A stretch of DNA of 63,923 nucleotides, filler included, from Bigelowiella natans CCMP2755 (lineage: Eukaryota; Protista; Cercozoa): NCBI GenBank assembly GCA_000320545.1. It is 8 parts of 8 records of this genome, joined end to end, with 100 filler letters (N's around TTAATTAATTAA, not from the genome) between each part and the next. Parts side by side here need not be neighbours in the genome. Positions count along the whole stretch, not along the records: positions 15,762 to 42,769 come from ADNK01003066.1; 7 more parts are not named here. The stretch is one strand, 5' to 3'. Positions 24,034 to 36,885 of the stretch are shown one piece after another. The notes under the pieces are model-generated. The model did not search any database. It was not told the DNA's origin and saw only the letters and a program-made list of their open reading frames with translations. Each line of letters opens with the position of its first letter. Position 1 is the stretch's first letter. The position numbers and the translations under genes were made by a program.

Positions 24034-27000
24034 ATGCCTGCGAAGAAGATGGAGACAAAAAAGAAGAAAAATGTCGGGGACACCAAATATATTCGAGGAG
24101 TCGAATCGATCGATGAGAGGACATTTAAGGGAATGTATAAAATTAAAGAAAAGCTGGGAGAGGGTTCGTTTGGCAAGGTCGCTTCATTTTAACAAAATAT
24201 TTTTCTTGTGGGCAAGAAAATGTGATACTGATTTGAACGTTTTCATTTCAAAAATCAGGTGCTACGAGTTGTTGCTCGTGCAGAGAGGAAGGAATATGCT
24301 ATGAAGATTGTGAAGTGAGTTCTTCATAACATCCTGCTTTAAATGAATCAAATAATTTGTCGTGACTAACTGTGCAGGAAAACAAAGCTAGATGCAGAGA
24401 CGGCTGTTTATTTGAATAGGGGTTTGTCAAATTGATTTTAATCGATAATATTAAATTGCTTTGTGTATGTTATTATAACATAGAAAATATGTTTATTCAA
24501 TATCTATGTTTAAACATACACGTGTTGGTATTGGAATATTGGAATGTCAATCAGCTATTCGCTTTTCAACTGACTAGTTCGATGGTTATGATGTTCTAAT
24601 TTACTAGAAATTGAGATTATGAAGAGCATTCAGCATCCTAATTGCTGCAGATTAGTTGCTGTACACAAGACAACTTCTGCTGTGTACATGCTACTGGAAT
24701 TTCTTCGAGGTATCAAACTTTTCCGTGTTACATGCCCCTTATATGTAATCATTTCTCGGAACTAAATTTTGAAACCGTTTAAGGAGGAGATCTATTCAGT
24801 AGAATTGTCAGCCAGAAGCACTTTGATGAAAGACAAGTTTGTGTTTATTTCCCGTAATCCCCTATCTACACTAGAATGATTAAAAACCATATAAATTTTC
24901 AGGCTGCTCGGGTGACAAAGGAAGTTTCCCAGACACTTAAATACTTGCACAGCATTGGGGTGAATATTTTATAATGTGAACATTGCCTATCCTTATTGTA
25001 ATAATCATTCAGATCATACACCGTGATTTGAAACCTGACAACATCATGTTTCGAACTGAAGCCAGGGATTCTGCAGTTGTGCTTGCAGATTTTGGTAAAA
25101 TTCATTTGTCTCAAAAAATGTGTTTCGTCAATATATAATCACCTACAATCGAAGGCCTTGCCAAACATCTGGATGGAAACAGTAAGTTTATGTCTTCTGC
25201 CTGTGGTACCCCTTCGTACGAGGCACCTGAAGTTATAAGGTTAGATCCTGATAATGAGTCGATATTTGAACGTAATTTGTATGTTATGAGCAGACGAAAA
25301 GGTAAGACAAGGCACTATACTGCACAATGTGATATGTGGAGTCTTGGCGTAGTCCTCTACGCTATGCTTTCTGGCAGGGAACCTTTTAAAGCTCGTCGTA
25401 GGGCTGAACTTGCAGATAAAATTTGCCACTCAAGATGTATACTTTTTAGGAAATTTTGGCACAATTTTTATTCTAAGTTTAGTTCTTGGCAGACACATTT
25501 CCGGACAAATATTGGAAACATGTTTCCCCTCAAGCTATAAGCCTTATTGAAGGACTTCTAGTTGTGGACCCATCAAAACGCTTTACGCCTCAGCAAGTCT
25601 GAACCTATAAAATGCCTAAAATAGAAAGTGGCAGGAAGTAAATATTTACTCCCCATAGGTTCTGGATCACCCATGGATTAAAAACCCTGAGAAACCCTCG
25701 CTAAACTTGATGAATTTGCAAGGGTATCACTTGAGTTCCAAAATGGAAAATTCATAAAGTATGATTTAATCGATTTTTGCATTTTTGCAGGTATCATAAG
25801 AACCTAAAACTTACTCGGGCGATACAATCCTTCTATAAAGTCAGGGATATCATCAAAAACTTGAGGAACATGCTGCAACACACTGATTACACAATATCCC
25901 GATCTTACCGATATAAGTTACTTAGTTCTGTCATAATCTCTAAATAGATCGTGAAATTTGTAATAAAAATGAACCGTCTCCGAAGCATTTTAGCTGTCGA
26001 TCCCAACGAGATTCGGAGAAAGGTTGCACTGTTTTAAGTTATAATGTACACATGCAATAGCGTAATATATTTTGATCTATAAGCTTGGAATTGCTATGGC
26101 GCCAAGCAACTCTCGGAGAGGTTCCCGTCGTGCAACTTTTCAAGATGAACCAATGTTCGAGCTCCTTCGACAGAAGTATAGCATCGATCGCAAATATAGC
26201 ACCCAAAGTTTAAAAATAAAAAAGAAATTAGAAAGATTAGAGCCAACCCCTACGAATCGACTTCGACCGTCGGCAAGTGAATCGGATCTTCAAAAGGGCG
26301 TGACCATCACATTAAAGTCATTGAAGCGGACAGGACACTCGCCACGCAGAGGAACTCGCGGATCAGACGCGCCATACAAGGAAGGAAAAGTGTCAATAGC
26401 TGACTCAAAGAATGAACGAAAGCAACCCCAGCGCATAGTAGGACGAGGATCTCACGGAATATCCTCCGCCACATCTCCAACACGAGCCTCTCGGGGAATT
26501 TCAGGTGCGACATCTCCAACTCGTGCCGCTCGATTCTTCTCCGGAGCAACGTCTCCCTCCCCAATCCACCTCCAGAGGGCGATGTCTACTGTGACACCCT
26601 TGCAGCTCAAGCGTTCCATGTCGCACGAAGAAGGCAAGGACCATTGGAATCCTGAGAGAGGAATGGCAGTTACTATTCGGGTGAGAATCGGCAAACGATT
26701 CTTTAACTGAAGTGCAGATTTGTGTACTACATCAGTACAAAACTGTTGTAGTAAGAAATGTACTAATATTGTGAAACTTGTGTAGGGAGCAAACCCATCA
26801 AGCCATTTACTGCTTGAAGATCCTTATAAGGGCACCATCGGGCACATGATAAACCAAAGGTTTTGGTGGGTTTCAGATGAGAAGGGTCGCTTTAAGGTGA
26901 GAAAGTGTGATGATGCATAACCACATCTTTCACCATTTTCAATTTCAGGTTATTCCTCTGGCTAAAATAAGGCCAAGGCTTGATGGACATGATTCATGGT

Positions 27001-29550
27001 TTTTCCAAAGACGTGTAACCGCATTGGCAAACGCAAAGGCTGTATTTGACCGGCACGACGAAGAAAAGCGTAGATTGGTACTAAGATACAAGAATGATTT
27101 TCAATTTGAGGTGATATGGATTATTCTTAGCAACAGCAGCAGCTTGTAGACGCTATCGATCAAATTCTAAAAATTTCATTAGAGATAGAAGAGGCACGAA
27201 CACAGGTGAAGTGCTCTAAATAGTTGACAACACACAATTAGTTAAAATACCTTTTCATAAAGTTTCTCGCAATAATGACTGACGAGGAAGAAAAAAACGC
27301 TGTTCTTCTCTACGTAAACATTTTGGTAATTACATTTGAGAGCAGTAATTCAACTTCGTTAACGAAGATTTTTATCAATAGACTTTTAAGAAGACTTTTG
27401 GAGGCAGAAATTTTCGAAGTAATCACGAATTGGGAGTTCCGGAAATTGGCGGATACGAGACAGACAATTCTGCTGATATGCGCATGCGGTAAATAGTGTA
27501 AATAAATGGTTTTCTAGGCTGAATCTCTGCCTCTGTAGGGCACTGGAAATTTATAAAGGATTTATCCAAGAGAACGCGCCGCTGAGTTGCGCGGAATTCA
27601 TCGCTGAAGAAACCGCGTCAAAACTTCGTAGTATCCTGCAAAACAAAGTAGTAAATCCTTCGTAGCGTCTAAAGAACAGATTAGTAAGATATCCGATTTT
27701 AATAGCAAAAGAAATTGCGAGATACAGTGTTTGACGACTGTGCAGAGGACTGTTTGCAATTTATTGAACAAACGACATGGACTGAATTGAAAAAGGTTGT
27801 TTCTATCCTTATGCATAGCACTATGAAATTAGAATAATATTGCTGTTCGTTTTTAAAAGCTCTGGATCATCTTGATCCAATTATGGAGGAAAGCATTCAC
27901 ACGACCAGGTTTGGAAACAATGGATTCAAGAGTTAAGGTAACCTGGGCCTATGCTTAGAATTTCACAAAGATTGAGTCGTAGTTTCCCAGGTGCTTCGAA
28001 ACTATATGCCTAAGCCATTCATGAGATTCTATGGCTCTCCTGCAATGTGTTTAATTCGAGATACACATGCAAGTGGTATACATTAAATGATACTTGAACT
28101 AATTCTTGTACTGATGGAAATTTTCTATTGCACGAAGAAATTCCCCAATGGAGGAGCAAAATTAATAAAGGAGTTGAAAGTGGGACAAATCCAATGAGAA
28201 GGGGGGGAACCATGAAAAACTCTGAAGAGAAGGAACACGTAATGTGTACCTGGGGCGATCGAATCAATGAACGAGCTCTCTTTAAAGTACGGACACAACC
28301 GAATTGCTATGTTCTTAACTGAGTTGATCTTTTAAAGGAAGGATTCCTGAGGAAGAAATTTTTAACTCGTGGAGGTTACGCGAAGCGATATGTGAGGATT
28401 GTTCTGGTGATGCAATATAAAACATTTCTGGAAGACAGACTAACAACAGAATTCGAATTCAGGAGGAAGATGTGGAGGAAGGTTCATCGGCCTTGCCGAG
28501 AGTTATGTTCTGCTACTACAATACCAGCGATGATGAAGATGCTGGCCTTAAAGCGGACTTGAAGATGCCAATTGATGAGCACTTCTCTGTACTTAGGAAT
28601 TATTATCTATGGTAATCTAGATTTGAATATTTTCTTCTGTAAGGTTACTCGGAGTCAGGACGACCCCCGCAATTTTACAGTCACAGTACCAATAAAACAC
28701 AAATTTTCATAGAAACGTTTTACAAAGACCTGATCTGATTTGGCGTTCATTGTAATATTGCGTAACAACGATAGAGCTCGAACTATGAAAAGGAACACCA
28801 TAGTGTAAATGCAATGGTTGAACTTTCGAGTAATGGATTAACACTTCGAGCTAAGAGTCCAGGTAGATAGAGGGACTAATTGTGCTAAGCTCTGTCGCAA
28901 ATGGGCTAAATGTGCTGACATGGTTTGTGTGAAAACCAGATGAAGCTCAAGAATGGATTATTGCATTATCCCGATTTATACCAACTACTAAACACATTGA
29001 TCTGACTCTCCAGAGGGTTTTGGAGCACACAGAAACTATGATGTCTCATATCGAAGATTTCTCGTTGAAAGCAATTAGTTTGTACGCAGCTGGAACCCCG
29101 TTCGGAAGCCATGCCTTCCTCTTCCGCAAATTCCCAAATGCACGAGAGATTAACCGAAATATGGTGACGGTTGGCCTCTTGGGAACCTTGAGGGATTTCT
29201 TCGCTGAAGATTGGGACCCTGCATTTGCTTCTGCGTGGAGGTTTTTCAGTTCATCAACTGAATCAATAAATTCATTTAATTATAAAATTCATACTGATGG
29301 AATGTGGTGTTTATGGAATGTGGTGTTTAGATTCTACGACCAAATGATAGGAGCTGTTCGAAACAGAATGCAAATGACCTATCAAAAACATGCACTAAAG
29401 TAATTCAATTACATTATGTATTAGGGAAAATATACGATATGATTACTTCATTTTAATTACAGAGGTGAGGAATTGGTTCCCTTCATTGGCCGTCGTAATT
29501 CTTTGCTCAGTTCATTCAAAGCGCTCGTAGGGAGTAAGTACCTATACTGA
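24034..29550 (+). CDS. CAMK-group Ser/Thr kinase fused to RGS-like, PH and globin-like domains
   Basis: Kinase motifs LGEGSFGKV, YAMKIV, HRDLKPDN, DFGLAK, CGTPSYEAPE, DMWSLGV, LDHPW over exons 24034-25700. Downstream exons give RGS-like (~27260-27900), PH (~28335-28980) and globin-like (~27880-28160 and ~28990-29350) motifs. Single-gene continuity is inferred from splice sites. Confidence 0.8.
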
Positions 29551-30650
29551 GTCGTAGATTCGGCTTATTGACCAAATGCAAAACTAATGTAACTTGTCGA
29601 TTGTGAATAAATTAATATTAGTTTGATATTACTTTCTCATGAGCTATACTTTAAATTGTAGAAATTACGGGTAGATCCAGGGCTACTTCTCTCTCTGGAG
29701 CAACACAACAAGTGGCAGATTGATAGATTTTGTTTAGTGGGGCCATTTAATTTCTAGTACATAAATATATGGCTATTAACAACGTGTACATCATTATGTG
29801 TGCTAATGTGTATTGGTGTGTGTGTGTGTGTGTAGTACACATGTATTTGTGTGTACAAATATATACAATATTAATATGCAATCTTGCCTATCGAAGCACA
29901 CGCGTGTGCAAATTTTGGGGAGTTATTTGCCCCCGTCATGGCACTGTCTACGGCGTAGATAACTAAACTTGTATCAAATATACTAACAATACATCACATC
30001 ATATGTCTGTAGCCTACGACGCGCTATGTACTACTTAACTATCTGCCATGGCATTCGCTGGCGGGCACTCATTGTCAAGCATTGTGCATGTGGTGACATG
30101 CCATCTAGCCATCTGTTGTGTGCTAGCATGTATATAGTTGTGTGCACATCGTTGCATGGTACCTCTAGACGTTACGTTGCCTTGCTAGCTTGAGTCTGAG
30201 TGACACCCAGAACATGGCTAGATAGTCTAGCTAGCTAGCTCTAGAGCTAGCTGCTAGAGGTAGCTTTGCAGTTTGCTATCTAGCTATGTGCAAATCAACG
30301 GTAAGAATGATGCACGGCGGACTACTAGACTAGTGGAGCACATGATTGATCACCCTAGCACTTGGGTGCGATCCAGTCGTTGAGCCATTGCATTCGCTAG
30401 TTCGTTAGCAGTTAGTCACGCTAACACAGGAGCACATTGATTGAGTTAACTGCAGCTAGCACAGCACTTCTCGAGTTTAGTTTTGCGCATGTATCAGCGC
30501 GCGGACCATATTGCATTTGATTTGCACATGCAAGTTTCACGCGACAACCATCTTGATTACTTCAAGACTCACAATGCAAATACTGCACGACCGATAAGCA
30601 CTATCGTAATTATTAGGACTGCATTCTTATGTAAGCAACACTTTCATTTT

Positions 30651-30866
30651 TTATAGATTAACATCGACAGTAAGATTAGGCTTTTTCTTCGTTTGTTGGT
30701 CTTTACATATCTCTGGCATAGCTGTTACGTCGTACGAGTCCTGCTTCTTGGCCTCGGGTTTCCCTCCGAGAGGTACTTCCCACACCTTGACTCCGCCATC
30801 TACTGAACCCAAGATTAGCTCATAACCGGTTAAAGACCAGCAGAGACTCTGAAGAGGTATGCACAA

Positions 30867-30898
<32 letters not shown>

Positions 30899-30907
30899 AC
30901 ACACACA

Positions 30908-30960
<53 letters not shown>

Positions 30961-31611
30961 AATATATAAGTATGAATATATCCCCCCCCCCTCCCCCTCC
31001 CCCCCTCTCCCTCTGTCTCTCTTCGTGATGTTCGTTCATGCGTGAACGGCGTAATGGTCACCAACTTCGCAACTTCGCACACAACTCTTGGCCGCGACAC
31101 CATTCATGATTCGCAGAAGCAAACCAACCTGCAGGCCGAAGTCGTTTTTCCGGTAGGTCTTGATGCACTTCCCTGTCAGGGTCCAGAGCTTCGCCGTGCA
31201 GTCCATCGACGCTGTTGCTAGGAGATCCCCGTCCGGGACGAATCTGCAGTGTGTTACGCGGTCGTCGTGTCCGCCAATAGCAGCCAGCAGCTTGCCACTC
31301 CTAGCCCAAATGCGGCAGGTTTCATCCCACGAGCACGTCGCAATGTAGTCGCCGTCCTGGGAAACGTCGATACACCAAACGTAGTTTTTGTGGCCGAGCA
31401 GGGTCTGCACGCACTTACCATCGATTAGTCTCCATATTCGAACGTGCCGGTCCCAAGACCCGGAGATGAGATACTTGTCGTCCGGCGTGAACATGCACGA
31501 GCGCACATCATCTTTGTGGCCTTTCAGCACCGCGGTGCAAGTCCCGTCGAGGCGCCATGTCCTCACGCTATGCGATTCGCACACAAGCACACAAACACAC
31601 ATATGATGTTA

Positions 31612-31672
<61 letters not shown>

Positions 31673-31716
31673 GTGTGTGTGTGTGTGTGTTTGTGCGCTT
31701 GCGCGCTCATGATTAC

Positions 31717-31747
<31 letters not shown>

Positions 31748-32046
31748 CTTCTGTATTTTCTACTTTTATATTTTCATTTTTGAAAGAGGAGACACATCAT
31801 AAATATACGTGTTATCGTTGGAGCAGGAAGCGATTATGTTGCTTTGAGAGTTCCAGCAAACACAGTTGATAATGTTCGTGTGCCCCTTAATCTCTCGCAC
31901 AAGGTCCCACTGTCCTTGGCCTTCTAGCATCGTACGTCGATATCTCTCATCCTTCGTGAGCTCTTCCAGTGGCTAATCATAAGGCGGAGGTGGAGGGGGG
32001 GAGAGTCAGGAGACGTTTTCCACGCCAGAACAAAAGAATTTTCACA

Positions 32047-32077
<31 letters not shown>

Positions 32078-32966
32078 ACTACGACTTTTGCTATCATAAC
32101 TACGATCAACGATATGTAAGTACTCCTGCTGGTCCTGGGACTTGTACCCAAAGCCGGATCGTGCTGTCATATCCCGCGCTGGCTATAATCTTGCCGTCGG
32201 GCGACACTGACGCGCAAAATACAGGGCCCTCTTGGTCCGGAAGCAGCGCCAAGCACTCCCCATCTCCGCTGTGAATCCTGACCTGTATACGTAACGAAAA
32301 GCTGGCTTTAGAATGGCGAAACACACATGATTGCAAGTACACATCCATACAAACAAAGCCCTTTTGCACCGGGCATGGATAGGCGTCAATTCAATATTTG
32401 CAAGAAGCTGGGTGCGAGCGTCCGTCAATCAATCAACCTCTCCGCCGATTAGATTCGGGAATGGAACCCAATCGGCCGAGTGGAAACAGATGCTCGCCAG
32501 CGCGCACGCGGGTGCACGCACATCTATCTACTCGCTCTCTTGCTCGCCCGATATTTTACGTCTTGCACACGACCGTTCCGTCCTGGCCGGCGGAGAGAAT
32601 TTGCAGGTCCTTCGGTTCCCATGACTTCGATTCGTCAAACGACGGATTAGGCATCATGCAGAGCGACCAAATGTCCCGCTCGTGCGCTTGAAAGGTGCCC
32701 AGAGGCTTAGGCCCTGTTGACTTCGGACTTCTCGTTCCATCTGTCACAGAATCTACACGCCGAATGAGCGTGCCGACGCTATCCCCAACCTTCTTCTGCT
32801 CGATCGTCATTGTTGTTGTTTTGGTTATTACCACTTCCCCTCCGTCTTGCCCCTCTCCGTCTTCCCCCTTGCCTTCATCACCGCCGGCTTTATTATTCTC
32901 CTCTGGCCGGATAGCCACGGCCTTGCTTTCTTCGCCCTGATCTGCAGGTATTTCCTCCTTCTCCAT
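30651..32966 (-). CDS. WD40-repeat protein
   Basis: Repeated GH...WD units: LKGHKDDVRSCMFTPDDKYLISGSWDRHVRIW, LLGHKNYVWCIDVS...CSWDETCRIW, GGHDDRVTHCRF...ASMDCTAKLW. Confidence 0.92.
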
Positions 32967-33880
32967 CTTCCGTCCCTAGTACACCTAGAAAGAGTAGCGC
33001 TCTTACATTTGGCATATACCCTATAGATGATCATCGTCTGCCCCATCCTTCTATCGATACTAACTACCAAGCTGTGCGAAAGTGAGAGGACCTTAGGCGA
33101 CCGAGCTGCCCCCCCCCGATCCTGGCTGTGTTCGCCTGTCTGGTTTTACTCCAATAGCTGTTGTGGCAACTATTGTTACTTGTGGAGATCATTTGCACCG
33201 AAAATATCGTAAGAATTGTAAAATCTATTTCATTTGAAACTAACGACACAAGGAATTTTCCCAGCATATTTCCGCAAGGGAAACGGGTTGGGGTCAGTTA
33301 TAGCTCCGAGAAACATCCAGCAGAGTAGAAAACGTTACTCGGCCCCTCAAAAAACGTCGGTTGTGAACCATCGAAGTTGGATTTAGGTTGTCTCTTTTGC
33401 AAAATGACCTGCATTTTGTAGAAAATCAATGATATTCTCCAGAGATTCTCGGAGAGTTTCTGGCGTTTTCACATCCCAACCGGGGAGATAGCTAGAAAGA
33501 GTTCGCCCCCCCCGTCGAGAAAGGAGGTCTCTACGGGCTGCTAATATGATGCGGGCGAGCGATGAAAATAATGGCATGTAGAAATCGTTCTAAGTGAGCG
33601 ATTTCGAAAAAAAGGGTGAATAACCGGGCGAGGGGTCGAGTGTAATCGGTCCCGCTTTGATCGTTTCTTCTCTTTGGTTTTTGAGGTCCTCGCGTTCATT
33701 GACGCGACAGGGCGACGATGAGGCACTTTTCTATGCACGACTGATGGTTTCTGGGTTATAAACTATGGTAGGAAGATTGCACACGCTTTCGGGTGGACTG
33801 AATTCCGAATGATTCCTGCAAAGCTCGAGCCCATAGGGGCGAAAAAGAAGCCCGCTAAGCGCAGCCCGAAGATCGATAAT

Positions 33881-34528
33881 ATGGGCCTCGTTAACACCCC
33901 CATAGACTACAGTTTTCAGGAAATCAAAGTACTGGAAGGTACAAGTGAGCGATTTAGCGCTCAGACCGCTTATAAATGAGTATATTTGCATACATTTGTG
34001 TAATTCTTATGTGTCTGAGTGTGTGTGTGTGTGTTTGTGTGTGCGCATATATACAATTGTGATTCACGACTTCTCTTTTAGACCTTAGGGAAAGGGATCC
34101 TAACGATGATGTAAAAATGAGGCGGGATCTTGCCAAAGCTCTCAAACGGGCTAATAGGTGAGTAGTACTCTCCGAAGTGAAATGCTTGGACAAATACCAA
34201 TTTGGAGAACCTAGAGAATTGTAGCGATAGATCGTTTATTAATCACCTTCAAGCGCATATTTCTTGTCCATATTCAGAACCGGCGATGACGACATGTATG
34301 TGATTTGTTGAATAATAGAAAGGAACTGGAGAAAAATGCGAAAAAGCTTCCAAGTCCTCAATAGCATGAAATGAGTGCATGACCTTCCCTTCTCTTTCTC
34401 TCTCCCTCTCCCTTTCACGTGCTCTTTCAAGTAGCCTCGCCGCAACAAACACCATAGTATACAATATGGTGGCCATCTCTCACTTCATTCTCCTCCTGTG
34501 CAACTGGCTATTATCATAATATCTTCAC

Positions 34529-34561
<33 letters not shown>

Positions 34562-34709
34562 GCAGTTACGGCTGTAAAGCTGGCGTACAACGAGCTCACT
34601 TCAATTAAAGGACTAGATACGGCGCTGGCAGAGGTTGATAGAAGAATTTTCAATGCGTAAAGACATATATGCGCTGTGTGTACGTGCATATTATCAATAT
34701 AATATAATA

Positions 34710-34753
<44 letters not shown>

Positions 34754-35195
34754 CCCTTGTGTTAATTTATTGTTGTCGCTGTTCTTGGCGGCCGTCGATG
34801 TTGCTTTGTCGGTTGGTAGATATTAGAGAAGCCGGAGGACCTCCGGTGGCTCGACCTTTCCTACAACAAGCTTACTGATATTGACGTGGTAGAACGATAA
34901 TCATCACATTCTCATGGCCCTTTCCCCGCGCGCGCATCTAGCGTGCAGAGGACGCTGTTGTTGATGTTGGATCGTGTGTGTCTCGTCTTTGGTTTCCTTC
35001 CCATTCAACCGAAGGTCTTGACCAAATTCCCAAAGCTGAGCATGCTGTATCTCCACGGGAACAGCATCCGCGACCTAAATCAGGTTGCGATCAACGATAT
35101 TTACTTATTTGATGAGATTGAACAAGGATTAGAACTAATATAATGATGGGGAAAGTCGCTCCATGTGCGCATAGTTTGAGAATAATGTATGCATA

Positions 35196-35229
<34 letters not shown>

Positions 35230-36212
35230 GCCAAAGTATTCTTTATCTTCAACCACCGCTAATATCGTGGTGCAGGTGCAAAAGCTGAAATCCTTGAAGA
35301 ATCTGAAGAAGCTAACTCTCCACGGAAATCAGAACGTAGCATCATCATTTGCTATTTGTCAATTTATGTCTCTTGCTAAATGGATGCATGTTTACTTTCA
35401 CAGGTGATTGATAAAGGGACGCGCTTCCTGAAGATGGTGAAAGGGTAAAAACCGGCTGCTGCATACATTAAATTTTTGTGTTTTTCTGTTTTTCCGGAGC
35501 CATTAAGGACCTGTAGATGTGGCCATCTCCGCAAGTCGCATTGTGGAAAGTATAGTGGGATGGTTTCGTATTGAATGTCCCTCGCTGCCTCAGAAACGTA
35601 TCCCCATTGCATCCAACACCATCCCCCAACGAGCAGCAGACAACACTAAATCATCTTCTTCCCATGGCTCTGTTATCACCCGAAACTAGGTCCCTCAAGC
35701 GCACAAAGGCTGAGTCGAAGGCAGCTCTGTTGAAGTTGCCTGTATCACGCATCAAAGAACAATGCACGCTGGTACCAAGGCGGGGGGGGGGGGGGTGGGG
35801 GGGGAGAGAGTTAGCACTATTATTTGGATTCCGATGTTACGTGTTTGTCCCATACAAAACGATTTCTGAACTAACACTATGAACCATGAAATGTTCCTAT
35901 CATTGACGTGGATTTCGATGTAGAAATTGCGCCGCGAATCCGCTTTGTTTTTCCGTCAGCTGCATGCCTGAATAACAATCACCAACTTCTGAAATAATCC
36001 CAAATTTGAAACAAATTAGTTGAAACACTTCGGGTTGCAGTACCCTGCCGGCAATAAAGAGGGCGCTGTGAAGGCTATTCTCAAATTCATTTATGCGGAC
36101 ATAACGAATCACCATTACAGACCTCCAGCAACTGCTGAAACAAGGTAACTCACTCGCCCCTCACCCATCTTGCTTCGATCGCATCCTCTTTCGCTCCCCC
36201 CCCCTCCCCGCG

Positions 36213-36254
<42 letters not shown>

Positions 36255-36885
36255 CGCTCGCTCGCTCGCTCATTCACTTTGTTTATCTATCTGTCAATCT
36301 TACAAATGCGCTCGTTTGATGAGTGTGTGAGTGCGTTCATGCGTGTGATGATGATCGCTCTATGGCCTTATGTTTCCCAATCAGCATGGAAGATAAGAAG
36401 ATAATCACTCTCGAAGACATCAAAAATTATAGGTGGAGGAGCATGTAGAGGGGCACGCTATTTTGATTTCCCGTTGCAATTCCTTCGCCGCACATGAATT
36501 ACAATGAAACTCATCATGTTGTGTATCCGGTGGTAGCGTAGATTGATAAATATATACTGTTCGGCTTCCTGAGCGGGGGGTGCTTATGTGCATAGCGATT
36601 GTGGTATTGATGCTGCTGTGCTTTACTCTAGGTTCAAGGTCATCTCATATGTTCCCTCATTAAATGTTCTGGATTACATCGGGATCACCCCTCATGAGCG
36701 AGATCAAGCTTGGCGTCAAATTGGTAGGATGATGCCACGCACCATAGGACATAGACGCGTTTTTTAGGGGAAGGCGGGGCCAAGGGAGGGTAGAAACGGA
36801 ATGCACATTTTAAATGGTTTGATGTGCAAACTTAGGATCAAGAATGAAGCCTGAAAAGAAGGGCGATGACGACGAGGAGCTTTGA
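33881..36885 (+). CDS. LRRC51: Leucine-rich repeat protein, LRRC51-like (ciliary)
   Basis: Exons MGLVNTPIDYSF..., VKLAYNELTSIKGL, LRWLDLSYNKLTDID, FPKLSMLYLHGNSI, LKKLTLHGN, NYRFKVISYVPSLNVLDYIGITPHER (LRRcap). Confidence 0.8.
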
